Positions 51,174 to 63,998 of a stretch of DNA of 64,000 nt are shown here, piece by piece. Below the pieces are notes generated by a model that saw nothing but the letters and a program-made list of their open reading frames with translations, was not told the origin of the DNA and did no database searches. The position numbers were made by a program, and so were the translations under genes. Source of the DNA: Candidatus Bathyarchaeota archaeon (lineage in GTDB: Archaea > Thermoproteota > Bathyarchaeia > Bathyarchaeales > Bathycorpusculaceae); contig CAWEPZ010000002.1 of NCBI GenBank assembly GCA_963811105.1, positions 544,001 through 608,000 on the forward strand, in the 5' to 3' direction. Position 1 is the first letter of the stretch, and each line of letters starts with the position of its first letter.

Positions 51174-51760
51174 GTTGGCAACTCCGCTCTGTCCCACCTG
51201 GTGACGTGATAGTGGGCGTTTTTGCGTGGTTCAGATGGAACCTGTATCCCATCATATCCGCCGGCGCCCGCGAGTTGGTCTCTGTAAAGTGTCCAGCTAT
51301 CAAGCGTCCTAAGCAGTTCCTCGGAGATGACCTTCACGTTCTCATTTGATACATTCGATATTTCGGTTATTATCCTGAAGTCTGCAACCAGCTTCCGGAG
51401 GTTGTTTGCGTAGATATTTGGTGCTAATGGGTTCGGCTCGGATTGACCGAGCTTTACTTGGAAATATACATTTCCTGTTGTATTGATTTTCTGCTTTGTT
51501 TCAACGACCACTTTACCATCTTTGTCTCTGATGCGAGTGTAGATGTTGGGGTTATTTTTGAATATGTCCTTGAACAAGTCCTTGGTAAAGATAATCTCAA
51601 AACATCCATCGGAGTCGGTCCGGGATTTGCCCAGTCTGTTATCTGGGTGTAGTTCAATGCCGCTTGCTTTATCGAAAGCCTGCACAGTATAACCTTCAAC
51701 TGGATTATTCTGGTCGTCCCTTATCCTGCCAGTGATGAAATAGTTGGAATTTTTTGACAT
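51170..51760 (-). CDS. Hypothetical protein with an N-terminal transthyretin/carboxypeptidase-regulatory-like domain; translationally coupled to the GMC gene
   Basis: ITGRI.D..PVEG..V.AFD..LG..TD..G.F.I.F; GGAG SD; ATGA overlap. Confidence 0.7.
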   Translation of the reverse strand: MSKNSNYFITGRIRDDQNNPVEGYTVQAFDKASGIELHPDNRLGKSRTDSDGCFEIIFTKDLFKDIFKNNPNIYTRIRDKDGKVVVETKQKINTTGNVYFQVKLGQSEPNPLAPNIYANNLRKLVADFRIITEISNVSNENVKVISEELLRTLDSWTLYRDQLAGAGGYDGIQVPSEPRKNAHYHVTRWDRAELPT

Positions 51761-51918
51761 AAAAATTTTGTCTCCTTATGGAAAGGATTGATCTATAATA
51801 TGTTCTATCACGATATACCGTATTCTGAGAACTTAAGCATTTGTTGCAGTGTAAATACAACCACATGATTCTATAAGCATCTTGAATCTTTAGAATTGAG
51901 CATGAGGAGTAGAAACCG

Positions 51919-52973
51919 TTGCTAACTAACGATATTAACAAATTCTCAGAGGATGTCCGCGCGGATGTGCTACGCGGTGCTTCGGTCCCCGATTACTTCA
52001 GCACTCGTGCGACGAAAGAGTTGCAGGGGATTCTGCATGACACGCCAACCCAGCCGCTTGATAAGCTGCTGAACACGGGCAAGATCCGCATAGACTTCGC
52101 AAACAAACGAATTTTCCGTGATTCATTCTGGAAAGGCTCCTTCGCTCAGGATACCCTGCTTGGGTGGGAAGAGCGAATTCGAAAGAGTATCCTAGGAGAT
52201 ACTGGAGCGAAAGCCGGCGGCATCTTCGCGGGTGGAAGCTTCTGGAAGCGCTTCGATAAGGTGAAGGTGGAGTCGCAACTGGCTATGTGGTAAACTATGA
52301 ACTTACCTTTTTGCCCGGACTTCCTATTGTAAGACAGATTTCCTATCCTGACGATAGGCGCCGCTATTTCCGAAAGGGTGATACGATACTGCTGCTCACC
52401 TACACTAATGACCCTTACAAGATGGTCTACGACACCATCAAGATCATCGACGACAACAACGCCATCGGCGTGATGCACCTAGGAGACTTTCCCAACGGGA
52501 TCGAATTCGTCACATTCGTCATGGCGCGCAACAATTATCCCTTTGCTAACATGTCGGTAAATGACCACAACCTCATCTTTTCCGATCCCCAAACAAGCGT
52601 TCCCACTGGAGCTCAATTGGAAGGTCAATGGAAGGGCCACCTCATCTTTGTGACCACCCCTAACAGCACCCTGCTCAACCAACTCAATCCGGTAGTGTTT
52701 GAAATAATCTTCAAACAAGCAGAAGCTCAGATGGAGTGCCATTATCATTTTGGCCTAGTCAACATGAAGACTCAGGTGAACATGACCAATGATTTCGTGC
52801 GGTTGACTGATCCGACGGGATTCAAAGATGAGATTCGTATGATCGACCAGAATACGCTCATCGGAAAGTGGATCTCGCCAGAACTTGATTCGGCACTGCT
52901 AGATAGTTTGCGCAGTTACCTGGAGCCTTCCACAAAAGGTTTTGTCTTCTACTTCATACTCACCCGTAAATAG
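51919..52973 (+). CDS. Hypothetical protein homologous to the C-terminal extension of the neighbouring GMC; frameshift at ~52268
   Basis: FWKG..GSFWKRF..YDTIKIID..TFVMAR..W.G..DEIRMI aligns by eye with the GMC tail; two ORFs join with one added base. Confidence 0.7.
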
Positions 52974-53404
52974 AAGTTGAACAACTCTCAATGCAGGGTG
53001 ACGCGATACCTTCCTTCTTAAGAAGTTATTGCGAATAGAAGATTAAGAAGTTCTACAGAAGCAGAACGGATTGATCATCGCAAGGGACAAATATGAAGGT
53101 CACCAAAAAGCTGAGCTCAGCCTGAGTCCGGATAAGAAAATCTCTATTCAGCAACTATTCTGTTTTTCAATATTACTTGAATCTCGAAAATACATGAGAC
53201 ATACATTGCGTATGAGCAGAAACGGGTTCCAAGAGAAGACAGAAAAAGAGCGACACATTCTTCTCTTCTATGTTTGAAAGGTTATTTCGGTGATCGCGGT
53301 TTTCTTTTTCTTTTAGAAAGCCAAAATTTTGTTAGTTTGACTGCTAAGAAAACTAAATGGGGATGTTTGATTGGATGAATTTAATCCAGACATATTATAG
53401 CTAT

Positions 53405-53719
53405 CTATGCATTTTTGGTTAACACCGCAATAAGTCCAAGTAATCCTCCTAAGACAACTAGCAATCCGCCAAGTCCGGTACCAATGATTCCTACGATGAT
53501 GAGTACGATTGCCCAGACGAGAGTACTTGCGCTTTTGGCACCGATGATTGCAATAACGCCGCAAATTATAGAAACAATCCCAGCATATGCAAACGCATAA
53601 AAACTAAAATGGAAAATTGCCAGTCCACTGAAACCAATCAGATCCAATAATCCAAAGATTACCAGCAGTATTCCTCCTATGAGCGCTAAGTAGTATGCTA
53701 TTCGAGAAATTTCTGACAT
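53405..53719 (-). CDS. Small Gly-rich multi-pass membrane protein
   Basis: Four hydrophobic segments; GAGGTG SD before ATG 53719. Confidence 0.7.
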   Translation of the reverse strand: MSEISRIAYYLALIGGILLVIFGLLDLIGFSGLAIFHFSFYAFAYAGIVSIICGVIAIIGAKSASTLVWAIVLIIVGIIGTGLGGLLVVLGGLLGLIAVLTKNA

Positions 53720-54088
53720 ATTCAAATTCACCTCCCTAATCAATTAAGTAAGATACAAATTGTTTGAGAGCAGCACATCTCCAATCTGAAGACAAATCAG
53801 TTTCAGCCGATTTGTTAGGACCGAATTTGTTTTACAATCAGAATTTAGATAATGTTGCAAATACCAAACAATTCTGATATTATAATTTTAACGGTCCAAC
53901 ATAAAAACTTAACTCCAAGGTTGAGTAGAGTTAAGCCAGCAGTTAAATCTTGCAATGTTTTAGTGATTTAACTAACGGTTGATTGGTGTAAAGAAGTCCG
54001 AAAAAGATTAACTTTAATTGAGACAATCTGAGAGAGAAATATATGCTTCGCAAAAGAGCAAAGTGGCAGAGAAAGTAAGTGAGGATTA

Positions 54089-54256
54089 TTGAATGTTCTT
54101 TCGGTAGTTCTGGTCGGCTTAGGTCTTTGGCTCATCGTAGATGGCGTTTTGAGCATAATCAAGTATCCCAAGCAAACTTTTCCTGAACAACTAATTAGGA
54201 TGATAAGAGCAATAGTTGGAGTTTTAATAGTTGTCATTGGTATTCTTGGAACTTAG
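54089..54256 (+). CDS. Small two-TM protein (55 aa)
   Basis: TTG start after GAGGA; two hydrophobic helices. Confidence 0.55.
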   Translation: MNVLSVVLVGLGLWLIVDGVLSIIKYPKQTFPEQLIRMIRAIVGVLIVVIGILGT

Positions 54257-54411
54257 GCGATTGGAAAAATATAAAGCCAAAATTTATTAGGCCATTAACA
54301 CTCGGGTCTAAATATGATGGAAAAACGAGGATTCTATCTCTAATTACGTTTATATTCTAAAAAATTATTTGTATTCCAGTTTCCCAATGAGAAGATAAAC
54401 GGGTTGTTCCC

Positions 54412-55333
54412 ATGAATCTTTCTACCCACATAATGGTTGGCATACTAGTTGGAGCCTTATTATTTGGCAGACCAGAGATAGCTTTAATGGTTGGTGTGGG
54501 TTCGGCAATTAACGATCTAGATAGGGAATATGGTTTCTTTAGCAAGGAGATCTTTTCGTCGCCGACAAATACATCGTGCCTTATTCCATAATTTTTTATT
54601 TATTGGCGCAGTTTATTTGATAAACCCTTTTTTTGGCATTGGCGCGTTTCTTCACTCGTTCCTGGATTCATTCACTACAACAAGGGATAGAGGCGTTGAA
54701 TGGCTATATCCTTTTTCAAGAATTGTTACCAAGGCGGTTTATGATTCTGATGGAAACAAATTGGCGCTTGATCCGAAACATAAGATCTACTTTCTTTCGA
54801 ATGATCTGCCAGGATTAACACGAAGAACTACAAAAGATATTAGACCTGGCGAAATACCTATGCCAAATAGAAGAACTTACGGTCCAGCCCTCTCAGGGAA
54901 GTTTCTTGACAAATGTATCTTTTATGGATCCATAGCTATTGTTCTGCTAATGCTTCTCTTTTCTGTTCTCGGTTTGCGACGGTTTATTGATTTCAGCACA
55001 CGTATTGACACCCTTTCAATTGTACTTCCGTTGCTAATTGGTTCGATAGGAGTTTTCTTGAATTTTCTTGTTGGTGAACTTGACAGAAAGAAATTGGTTA
55101 AGACCAAGTCAGATAGACCATACAAGTTTTCGTTTGCCCTTTCGATTGGAATTATGATTTTTGCGATAGTTCTTGGGGGGATTTTGAATCCGGCAGCCGT
55201 ATTCACTACGTTAAGCATAATGCCATTAATTGCTGCTGGGGTTGTAGTTTTTGTTCTTGTAGCGTTTGGTGTGCTGATCTTTTCAACACGAGGTTTTTCA
55301 GTAGATAGCAAGAAAGAGCCGCTAATTGTATAA
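54412..55333 (+). CDS. Membrane-bound metal-dependent hydrolase (YdjM/DUF457-like), frameshift at ~54547
   Basis: MNLSTH..NDLD in the first frame; HRALFHN..HSFLDSFT..GVEWLYPF in the second. Confidence 0.7.
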
Positions 55334-55869
55334 CTAACATCTGTTTTTCAGAAGCATTTAATGTTGTAGGTGGTAGCCACACAGACATGATCATAAAAGG
55401 ACATTACTCAATATAATTATCCATGGAGAAAGTAAATGGAGATTTTTGAGTTCGGACGAGTCGGAAAAGAGTTGAGAGAATTCAGAAACTTCTGGCAACT
55501 GAGTCCACAAAAATTGCAGACGTATTAGAAAGCGGAAACGCTAATTCTGACAGATATTTGAAGGAAAAGTTTGCCAATCATTAGTTGCGAATGTGGAGTT
55601 GAAATACTCGTAGTGCCAGTTTTAAAAGCTATGAATTGGGCTATCAAAACTCATGTGGCCGAACACAGGAAGGAACGAAAAGAACACTAAGAAGAAGGTA
55701 ATCATGTCTGGCAAAATCAATCAACTGCTAAGCTAACTTTCACTAATGAAAATTAGTGAACGAAGCAACATTTAGTTTCTAATGGAGGCAAGAATCAGCA
55801 TTCATGCGATTACTATGTACCATTTTTAGTTAGGTTTTAGAGTTTCGTTACAAGAAAGCGGCATATGCC

Positions 55870-56250
55870 TTATTGTGAGGGTATCATTTCACCATGTAGA
55901 AGTCTCAGCTGAGAGATGCGATTCTTTACGATTTTGACTAGTTCATTCCTCAAGTCCTCATTGAGAAGCTTTCCGTTTATGTGGTTAATTCTTTCAGCTA
56001 ACACATCGTCTCCAACAGTGGTCTTTATCCAGTTTTGAAAATCTTTTCTCTGAAAATGAAACGTGATTGAATTAGCATTTATTGTTTCAAGTTTTTGAGT
56101 GAATGTTTCTAAACTATCAGCAGTCTCACCGGTGTTGTGGTCCAGATCAGCGAAAAAATGGAACCCTTTATTATATGGCATAGTGCTTAAGATCTTAATG
56201 ATTTTTGAATCTGAAATATTCTGTTCTTTAGAAGTTGCATACTTCAACAT
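55870..56250 (-). CDS. DUF5752-like protein
   Basis: GFHFF...SITFHFQRKDFQNWI..VGD..LA. Confidence 0.7.
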   Translation of the reverse strand: MLKYATSKEQNISDSKIIKILSTMPYNKGFHFFADLDHNTGETADSLETFTQKLETINANSITFHFQRKDFQNWIKTTVGDDVLAERINHINGKLLNEDLRNELVKIVKNRISQLRLLHGEMIPSQ

Positions 56251-56463
56251 AAAATAACCAAGATAACATCTAATTCGTCTGGTATAATTGTTATGCACGT
56301 ATTGGTGTCCTTTAAACCGTTTATTCTTTTAAGTTCGGCTTCTAACTGAGGATAACGGTCTGCATATTTAGTGCTTGTCATCGTAGTCAATTAGAGATCT
56401 CCCCTTCCATCCAAGGGCAAAGTAAATTTGAGTGGGTACACTCAAAAATATCCATTACTAAAA

Positions 56464-56901
56464 ATGAAGTCTGAAAACATGAAAAATGAAGACGGCGTTT
56501 ATAAAGTATTGTTTGTATGTACAGGTAATGCATATCGTAGTCCGATTTGCGAAGCACTTCTCAAAAAACTTAGACCAGATTTAGAAGTGGATTCTGCAGG
56601 GACAAGAATAGCAAGAAGAATCACAAGAGAAGCAAGAGAGTATTTAATGTCAGAAGGTGCTCTGCAATATCTTAAGAAGTCACCTGAAAACATTGACAGC
56701 AAACAATTGGAGCAGTACAATATTATTATAGCAATGGAGAAAAGACACAAAGACTCAGTCTTGAAGAAATGTCCTGATTGCAAAAACAAAATAGTTATCT
56801 GGAATATTCCAGACAAGATCTTCTTTTTGCGAGGACGGACTGAGAAGATTAACAATCAAATGAAAAAGAATGTTATTGAATGCGCAGAATCATTAACATA
56901 A
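56464..56901 (+). CDS. Low-molecular-weight protein-tyrosine phosphatase/ArsC family
   Basis: VLFVCTGNAYRSP P-loop, SAGT, WNIPD. Confidence 0.88.
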   Translation: MKSENMKNEDGVYKVLFVCTGNAYRSPICEALLKKLRPDLEVDSAGTRIARRITREAREYLMSEGALQYLKKSPENIDSKQLEQYNIIIAMEKRHKDSVLKKCPDCKNKIVIWNIPDKIFFLRGRTEKINNQMKKNVIECAESLT

Positions 56902-56954
56902 GACTCAAAAGGCTTCCTTGTTTTATTTAAATAAGGGAAACAGGAGAATAATTT

Positions 56955-57548
56955 TTGGAAACATATTTTGTTCCGAAAGGTATTTGTAACTTTTCTATCT
57001 CTGAAAATCTTGCTATCGGAGATGTTAATTACTTGGCAAAACGTTTTCGAGACATTGTGAATTCGTTAAGATTGAGAGTTATGCAGTTAATGAGGCTCAG
57101 AGAGCGAGAAATTAACATTGATGTGTTTTCTAATCCTGAGAAGTATTTGGTACGGCTGCCCGTTGAAAAAATCGTTGCCGACACAAAAGTCTCTCCCGAA
57201 GCTATAGAGTTTTATAAGCAGAAGATCCGAAAAGGAGAGAAAATTGCCCCTATAATAGTGGTTAAGCATCCAAAATTTGAAGTATATGCAGTCTTGGACG
57301 GTCACCACAGATACTATGCTTATTTAGAATTGGGGAAGAAAAAAGTTAATTGTGCTCTAGCTGGTGATTTCTCAAGTGTATTCTTCTATATGGCCAAAAA
57401 CGGTTTCTTCCAGCCAAACCCTGAAACAAAAGGAGAAATGCGAAAACCAGTTCTCCAGCTACACGAAAACATACAAGATTTCCTAAATAATTTTCTGAAA
57501 GACCCCGATAAATTGAGAAAGCCTAAGAGAGACAAACTATCTGATTAG
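56955..57548 (+). CDS. ParB/Srx N-terminal domain protein
   Basis: PIIVV...VLDGHHRY; start uncertain. Confidence 0.75.
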   Translation: METYFVPKGICNFSISENLAIGDVNYLAKRFRDIVNSLRLRVMQLMRLREREINIDVFSNPEKYLVRLPVEKIVADTKVSPEAIEFYKQKIRKGEKIAPIIVVKHPKFEVYAVLDGHHRYYAYLELGKKKVNCALAGDFSSVFFYMAKNGFFQPNPETKGEMRKPVLQLHENIQDFLNNFLKDPDKLRKPKRDKLSD

Positions 57549-57573
57549 CAGCAAGAGATATGAAATCCCAAAG

Positions 57574-58359
57574 TCAGGCTTCAGCTTTTTCCCAATCGGA
57601 TTCAAAACCTGTTCTGAGTACGCCAATAAGGTTGCTGTTATTTGTCCAAAGAGAAGGGCTTTCACCTAATCCGCTTTCTTTGTCAGCAGTAATCAAAGCT
57701 TCCTTATCATCGGACATTATGAAGTGATTTAAGGCTTCAGGATGAAATTTAACATGAACCGAAGCCACATATATGAGTTTTTTCACTTTTTCTCTTAACA
57801 AACTATCAGGGTTTTGTCCTTCAAAAATTAGTCGAATCTGAGCTCCTTTCTCTATTGCCTGTTTGAATTCATCTACGAACTGAGATAAAACGGGAATGAT
57901 TCTTCCTTTGTCTGCAATCAACGCGACTTCTGTTTTGGAGTTTCTAATTAGTTCTGAAGTTTTTGCCAAGATTGCTTTTTTCTCTGCTATCAGTATGTAG
58001 ATGCTTTCTTCCCCAGGAAGCGGTTGTTTCCAGTCTTTTAGGGACAGTCTCTTGACACTACTCCTCATACCTGTCAACCGGTCATCAGATTTGTTCTTTT
58101 CTTCCGACACCAAGAGGCTTAAGGCATCTGAAATAGGAGTAGCCCGGATCTCAGTTGGTTTTCCCAGTAATCTTTCAATCAACCCCATTTTTTCAAGTGA
58201 TGGCAGGATTCTGTAGACATCTTCCCTGCGCACTTTTGAATACTTAGCTACCTGCGCCACTGTAGTTTTTTCCAGCTTGAGTACTGCTAAGTATACCCTT
58301 GCCTGATTAAGACTCAAGCCCAAACCAAGCAATAAATCCGTACTTTCGTCGCTGGACAT
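57574..58359 (-). CDS. TrmB-family transcriptional regulator
   Basis: GLSLNQARVYL, VRREDVYRIL..LEKMGL; C-terminal HFIMSDDKE effector domain. Confidence 0.9.
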   Translation of the reverse strand: MSSDESTDLLLGLGLSLNQARVYLAVLKLEKTTVAQVAKYSKVRREDVYRILPSLEKMGLIERLLGKPTEIRATPISDALSLLVSEEKNKSDDRLTGMRSSVKRLSLKDWKQPLPGEESIYILIAEKKAILAKTSELIRNSKTEVALIADKGRIIPVLSQFVDEFKQAIEKGAQIRLIFEGQNPDSLLREKVKKLIYVASVHVKFHPEALNHFIMSDDKEALITADKESGLGESPSLWTNNSNLIGVLRTGFESDWEKAEA

Positions 58360-58618
58360 TTCCAGTCAATAATATTTTTCAAATTGTATTTAAGTTTTTA
58401 GCTCGTTTTGGCAAAACAAGTAATTTTTTTTGGTTTTGTATATTTGCTATTTCTGGTTTTTAAGGTTTCCCCTTGTGCCAAAAAAGACAAGAAAATTGCT
58501 GTGGAAAGGGGTGAGTAGGGTTTATTCGAAATATTGGTAAAAAAAATTGAGGCGATTTAGCGCATTGTTTTTGTGATTGGCAATTGATTGTTTCCTACGC
58601 GGCTTGATTACATTTATT

Positions 58619-58945
58619 CTATGCGAATACGAAGCCTATTATTACTCCTATTATGAATCCGATGCTTAGTGGTAGTATCCCTATGATGAGTGCACCATAT
58701 TGGTACACAATGGGGCCGTATTGTGCCACATAATTCTTCAGCACGTTAAGGCTCAAACCCCAGAAGCCGAAGTAGGCAACGACGAAGAGTATGATTGCGG
58801 CTATAATAGCTATCTTTAGGAATAGATGGATTAAGTAGCCGACGATTAGTCCGATAACAAACATTATTATAATTATGACAATCGGTGGCAAACCGCCTAT
58901 GTTTCCGGAAGTAATAAAATTAAATATTTGACCTAACGCGTCCAA
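58619..58945 (-). CDS. Small membrane protein (FUN14-like)
   Basis: Hydrophobic; G..VGY...LK pattern; C-terminal GF.IG.IIGF. Confidence 0.6.
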   Translation of the reverse strand: MDALGQIFNFITSGNIGGLPPIVIIIIMFVIGLIVGYLIHLFLKIAIIAAIILFVVAYFGFWGLSLNVLKNYVAQYGPIVYQYGALIIGILPLSIGFIIGVIIGFVFA

Positions 58946-59221
58946 AGCTCCACAACTCCATTGCTACTTAATATAAGTGCAAATGATTATTAAACTTGTG
59001 TTGCTGTAGCTCTACAGCAACAAAGCGGTATGTTGTTTTTGAAATTCCAATTCTGAATCAATAACCAAAAAATGTGTTATTAAAACAAAAAAGAAAAGTG
59101 TTTGTTTTATTTATATGACCTCGCATATTATGTTCAAGATCTTGGAGGATGGAAAAGGGTTTCCCACTATTCTTTGGAAGAAAAAAACATTCACCATTAT
59201 GCGGAGAACTTTTGGCTAGGG

Positions 59222-60178
59222 ATGAGAATTTATCGTAGCCTTATTTCAAACTTGTTGGACGTTAAGGTTCCTCTTTTTTGTGGACATAAAGTGACCTATA
59301 ATTGCAATCTTCGATGCAAAATGTGTCCTTTCTGGAAAAGAATCACTCCTGATTCAAGTATTGATCAGGAAAAAGCAATTCTGAAACAGGTTTATGATTC
59401 TGGTGCTTGTAGTATCGCATTTGAAGGCGGGGAACCACTCCTTAGGAATGATCTAGTCCAAATCCTTGCTTTTTCTCGCTCTCTGCCTTTGCATACTAGC
59501 ATTATAACTAACGGTACTTTACTCGAATCCAGAATAGGCGAAATTGCTCCGTATATTAACGGTGTCGTCTATGTTTCGTTGGATGGTTTAGAGAAAACTC
59601 ATGATGAAATCAGGGGAGTCGGCGGAAGTTTTAGAAAAGCGGTGAGCGGCATATGTGCGGCTAAAGAAAAAGTTGCCGTAACCATAAACACGACAATAAT
59701 GGCTGAAAACATCGACGAAATAGAAGACTTGGTAAAGCTATCAAAAGAGTTAGGTACACGAATATCCTTGGCTGTAGCTCACGAATATTGTAATATCAAC
59801 GCATCTTCACCAGCTACTAGCAAAGCATTAAAAATAGCACATAGGCTGATTGAAATGAAGCGAGAAGGTTATCCTATTGTTAATTCAATCGGCTACTTGA
59901 AAGTGATGGCTAAAGAGAAAAAATGGCAATGTAAACCATGGGCGACGGTAAACATCGATCCCAACGGCAATTTAGTCTTGCCTTGCTATGTTCACAATGA
60001 TTACGTGAGCAACGTTTCCGTTTTTGAAAATAGTATTAAAAACTCTGTTTCTGACTTTGATTGGAAAAAAATAGAAAACTGCAGAAAATGCAGCCTTCAC
60101 TGTTATGTTGAGCCATCTTTAGTGCTTTCACGAGATTTTAAATCGTATATGCATTGGGCATTTCGAGTCAGTCTTTAA
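59222..60178 (+). CDS. Radical SAM protein with a C-terminal SPASM/twitch-like region
   Basis: CNLRCKMC, GGEPLLR, TNG, VSLDG, C-terminal CKP..PC..CRKC..HC; start MRIY at 59222 assumed. Confidence 0.9.
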   Translation: MRIYRSLISNLLDVKVPLFCGHKVTYNCNLRCKMCPFWKRITPDSSIDQEKAILKQVYDSGACSIAFEGGEPLLRNDLVQILAFSRSLPLHTSIITNGTLLESRIGEIAPYINGVVYVSLDGLEKTHDEIRGVGGSFRKAVSGICAAKEKVAVTINTTIMAENIDEIEDLVKLSKELGTRISLAVAHEYCNINASSPATSKALKIAHRLIEMKREGYPIVNSIGYLKVMAKEKKWQCKPWATVNIDPNGNLVLPCYVHNDYVSNVSVFENSIKNSVSDFDWKKIENCRKCSLHCYVEPSLVLSRDFKSYMHWAFRVSL

Positions 60179-60409
60179 TTTTTAGGAGAAATTAGAACCC
60201 AACTGTGTTAATTAGAACGACTGCTTGTTGAAAAGACTGAGTATTAGAAAATTAATATTTATGGTAGATTAGGTATTTTCAGCAAGAAGTGTAGGATAAT
60301 GGTTTACTCAAAAGGCAATGTGGAAGTTACGAGGGATGACAGGGTCAGTGCAAAGGTTTTAAACATTACCCTGTTAGCTTCGGCGAAGAATTAGAAATGG
60401 ATATTGTTG

Positions 60410-60548
60410 AATGCACCCCAAAGAAGAAGGCATAGCTAAAGTTCAAGGTTTAATGATACAAGTTGCCGATGCTAAACTTGGAAAGCACGTGAAAATAAAG
60501 ATAAATCGGATTGGCGGCACAACGGCAGAGGCAGAAATAACAAAATAG
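60410..60548 (+). pseudogene. TRAM-domain fragment
   Basis: EGIAKVQGLMIQVADAKLGKHVKIKI resembles archaeal single-TRAM proteins; the upstream part is interrupted. Confidence 0.45.
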
Positions 60549-60849
60549 CTCGCTTTTCATAAAAATGAAGCCAAGTTTAGATAAAACCAGAGGTTGCATC
60601 AAATTTCGCGCTCTGCGGCTGGTTTTTGAGCGCTGGAAGGACTTTTCTTCTCAGCGCCAACACCCAGTATCTTATCACGATACATCAACCAATTTGCAAA
60701 GACAAAATTTGGCTAAACGTGTCTATTTTAAGGCTTAAATCAAGAATAATATGTCCAAATTAAGCTTCAGAGAGCTAGCGATGCATCTTAACTCGGTCGG
60801 TTACCTTGGAAGCGAGTAAGTTAACATTTAATTCTGATGTAGCGTAATG

Positions 60850-60856
60850 TTTATAT
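60850..60856 (+). promoter_or_regulatory. TATA box of the 16S rRNA transcription unit (TTTATAT)
   Basis: About 28 nt upstream of the first leader segment that pairs with the 3' trailer. Confidence 0.5.
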
Positions 60857-61027
60857 CAGTAGGATTCGCTTCTGATAGAATTCAGCTATAATTGCTAACC
60901 CCGCAGTTTTCACATGGCGGCGGCTCAACCCCCACCGAAACGGCGATTGCCTTGCAGGAATGACGGAGTTGGCCTCCAATTGCGGGGACACGAATGTAGA
61001 CCTGATTAATTGCTCAATTAGGTCTGA

Positions 61028-62734
<1,707 letters not shown>

Positions 62735-62815
62735 AATATAGCAACTATAGCTAGAAAAGGGTTAATCTTTTCTTTTTAAAATAAGAGGGATCTTTATCCG
62801 CTTTTAAAAACAAGG

Positions 62816-63319
62816 TTAATCTGTTAGTTTTTTAGTATAGTCCCAGATTTTGTCGCCTACGTAATGCAATGATTTAACGACTGGCCCTTGCTTGGTGGCT
62901 CTGGCGGTTTCTGCGTCTGTTAGGCTTTCGCCCAGCGCCAATGCTTTGCCAAATTTCACATCTACCACAACTACGAGGTCACCTTTGTTAAATTCTCCTT
63001 CAACCCGCACAATCCCCGGTGCCATTACGTTCGCGCCTTTGCAAACATACGGTACAGCGCCCATGTCAACCACGATTTTAGGGGCCTTAGTATTGAACTC
63101 GGTGAAGTGCAGGGTAGGTAGGATATTATCGCCGACTTTGAAGAGCAAGGGTTTTGCACCGATTAGGTAAACTTCTCCAACATCAGATTCTACAACTTCC
63201 ACGGTTGCTTTACCGCCGTAAAGCGTTTCCAAGTTAATCTTTAATCTAGGTGTGGCTTTTTCAAGAATTTGTTTTGCTTCTTTGGTTTTGAGAGGGAATC
63301 GGCGTTGTTTTGTTGGCAT
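62816..63319 (-). CDS. PUA-domain RNA-binding protein (pre-PUA + PUA)
   Basis: VVDMGAVPYVCKGANVMAPGI, HYVGDKIW. Confidence 0.9.
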   Translation of the reverse strand: MPTKQRRFPLKTKEAKQILEKATPRLKINLETLYGGKATVEVVESDVGEVYLIGAKPLLFKVGDNILPTLHFTEFNTKAPKIVVDMGAVPYVCKGANVMAPGIVRVEGEFNKGDLVVVVDVKFGKALALGESLTDAETARATKQGPVVKSLHYVGDKIWDYTKKLTD

Positions 63320-63356
63320 GCTTGTTCTCTATGTTAAGTCACTGTAGAAGAGAAAT

Positions 63357-63998
63357 TTATCTTTGCTCTTTTTTGGTTTGCCTTTTTTTAAAGATTCTAT
63401 CCAGGATCTTGCCAACATCCACCTTAAACATTATTATCGTAATAATAATTGTCAAAGCTATAGAAATCAAAACTATTTCTAATGGACTTAACAACCCTGA
63501 AAAATTCGATTCAACCCAATTGCCCAGAAAAGCACCAGCAACGGTTATTGTTATTTTACCTAGAAAATAGGATAGAAAAAATTTTGTGGGGCTATACTTC
63601 ATAAGCCCCAGCGGTATAACGACTGGTTCATCAGGAATGGGAGTAGCTGCAGCTATGTAGAGCAGCAAAAAAGCCCAGCGTCTAACCTTTCCAGCTTCAA
63701 CATCAAGTCTCTTTTGACTTTTTTCACTAAGATGCCCGCTTACGAAGAAGGTGATCATGTAGTGGATGCCTTTAGCTAGGGCTGCAGCTAGGGCAATTAG
63801 GAAAGCTATTGTGATAAGGGCAGTTGCGTCAGCATTTGCCAAGCCGATCGCTGCTGTGGATGCGATTAGGAGGTTTGAAGGACCTAAGAAAGGTATCAAA
63901 TTTAACCCGAAGGCAACCAAGAATGTAATAATGAACTCAACGGTAAACAGCATATACTCTACCCAGTTTCTCCAGGAAACAATTAAATTAGCATACAT
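63357..63998 (-). CDS. DedA/VTT-like membrane protein
   Basis: NLIPF.GP, AATPIPDE..IPLGLMKY..F..GK; the start may be 63953 or outside the window. Confidence 0.75.
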   Translation of the reverse strand: MYANLIVSWRNWVEYMLFTVEFIITFLVAFGLNLIPFLGPSNLLIASTAAIGLANADATALITIAFLIALAAALAKGIHYMITFFVSGHLSEKSQKRLDVEAGKVRRWAFLLLYIAAATPIPDEPVVIPLGLMKYSPTKFFLSYFLGKITITVAGAFLGNWVESNFSGLLSPLEIVLISIALTIIITIIMFKVDVGKILDRIFKKRQTKKEQR

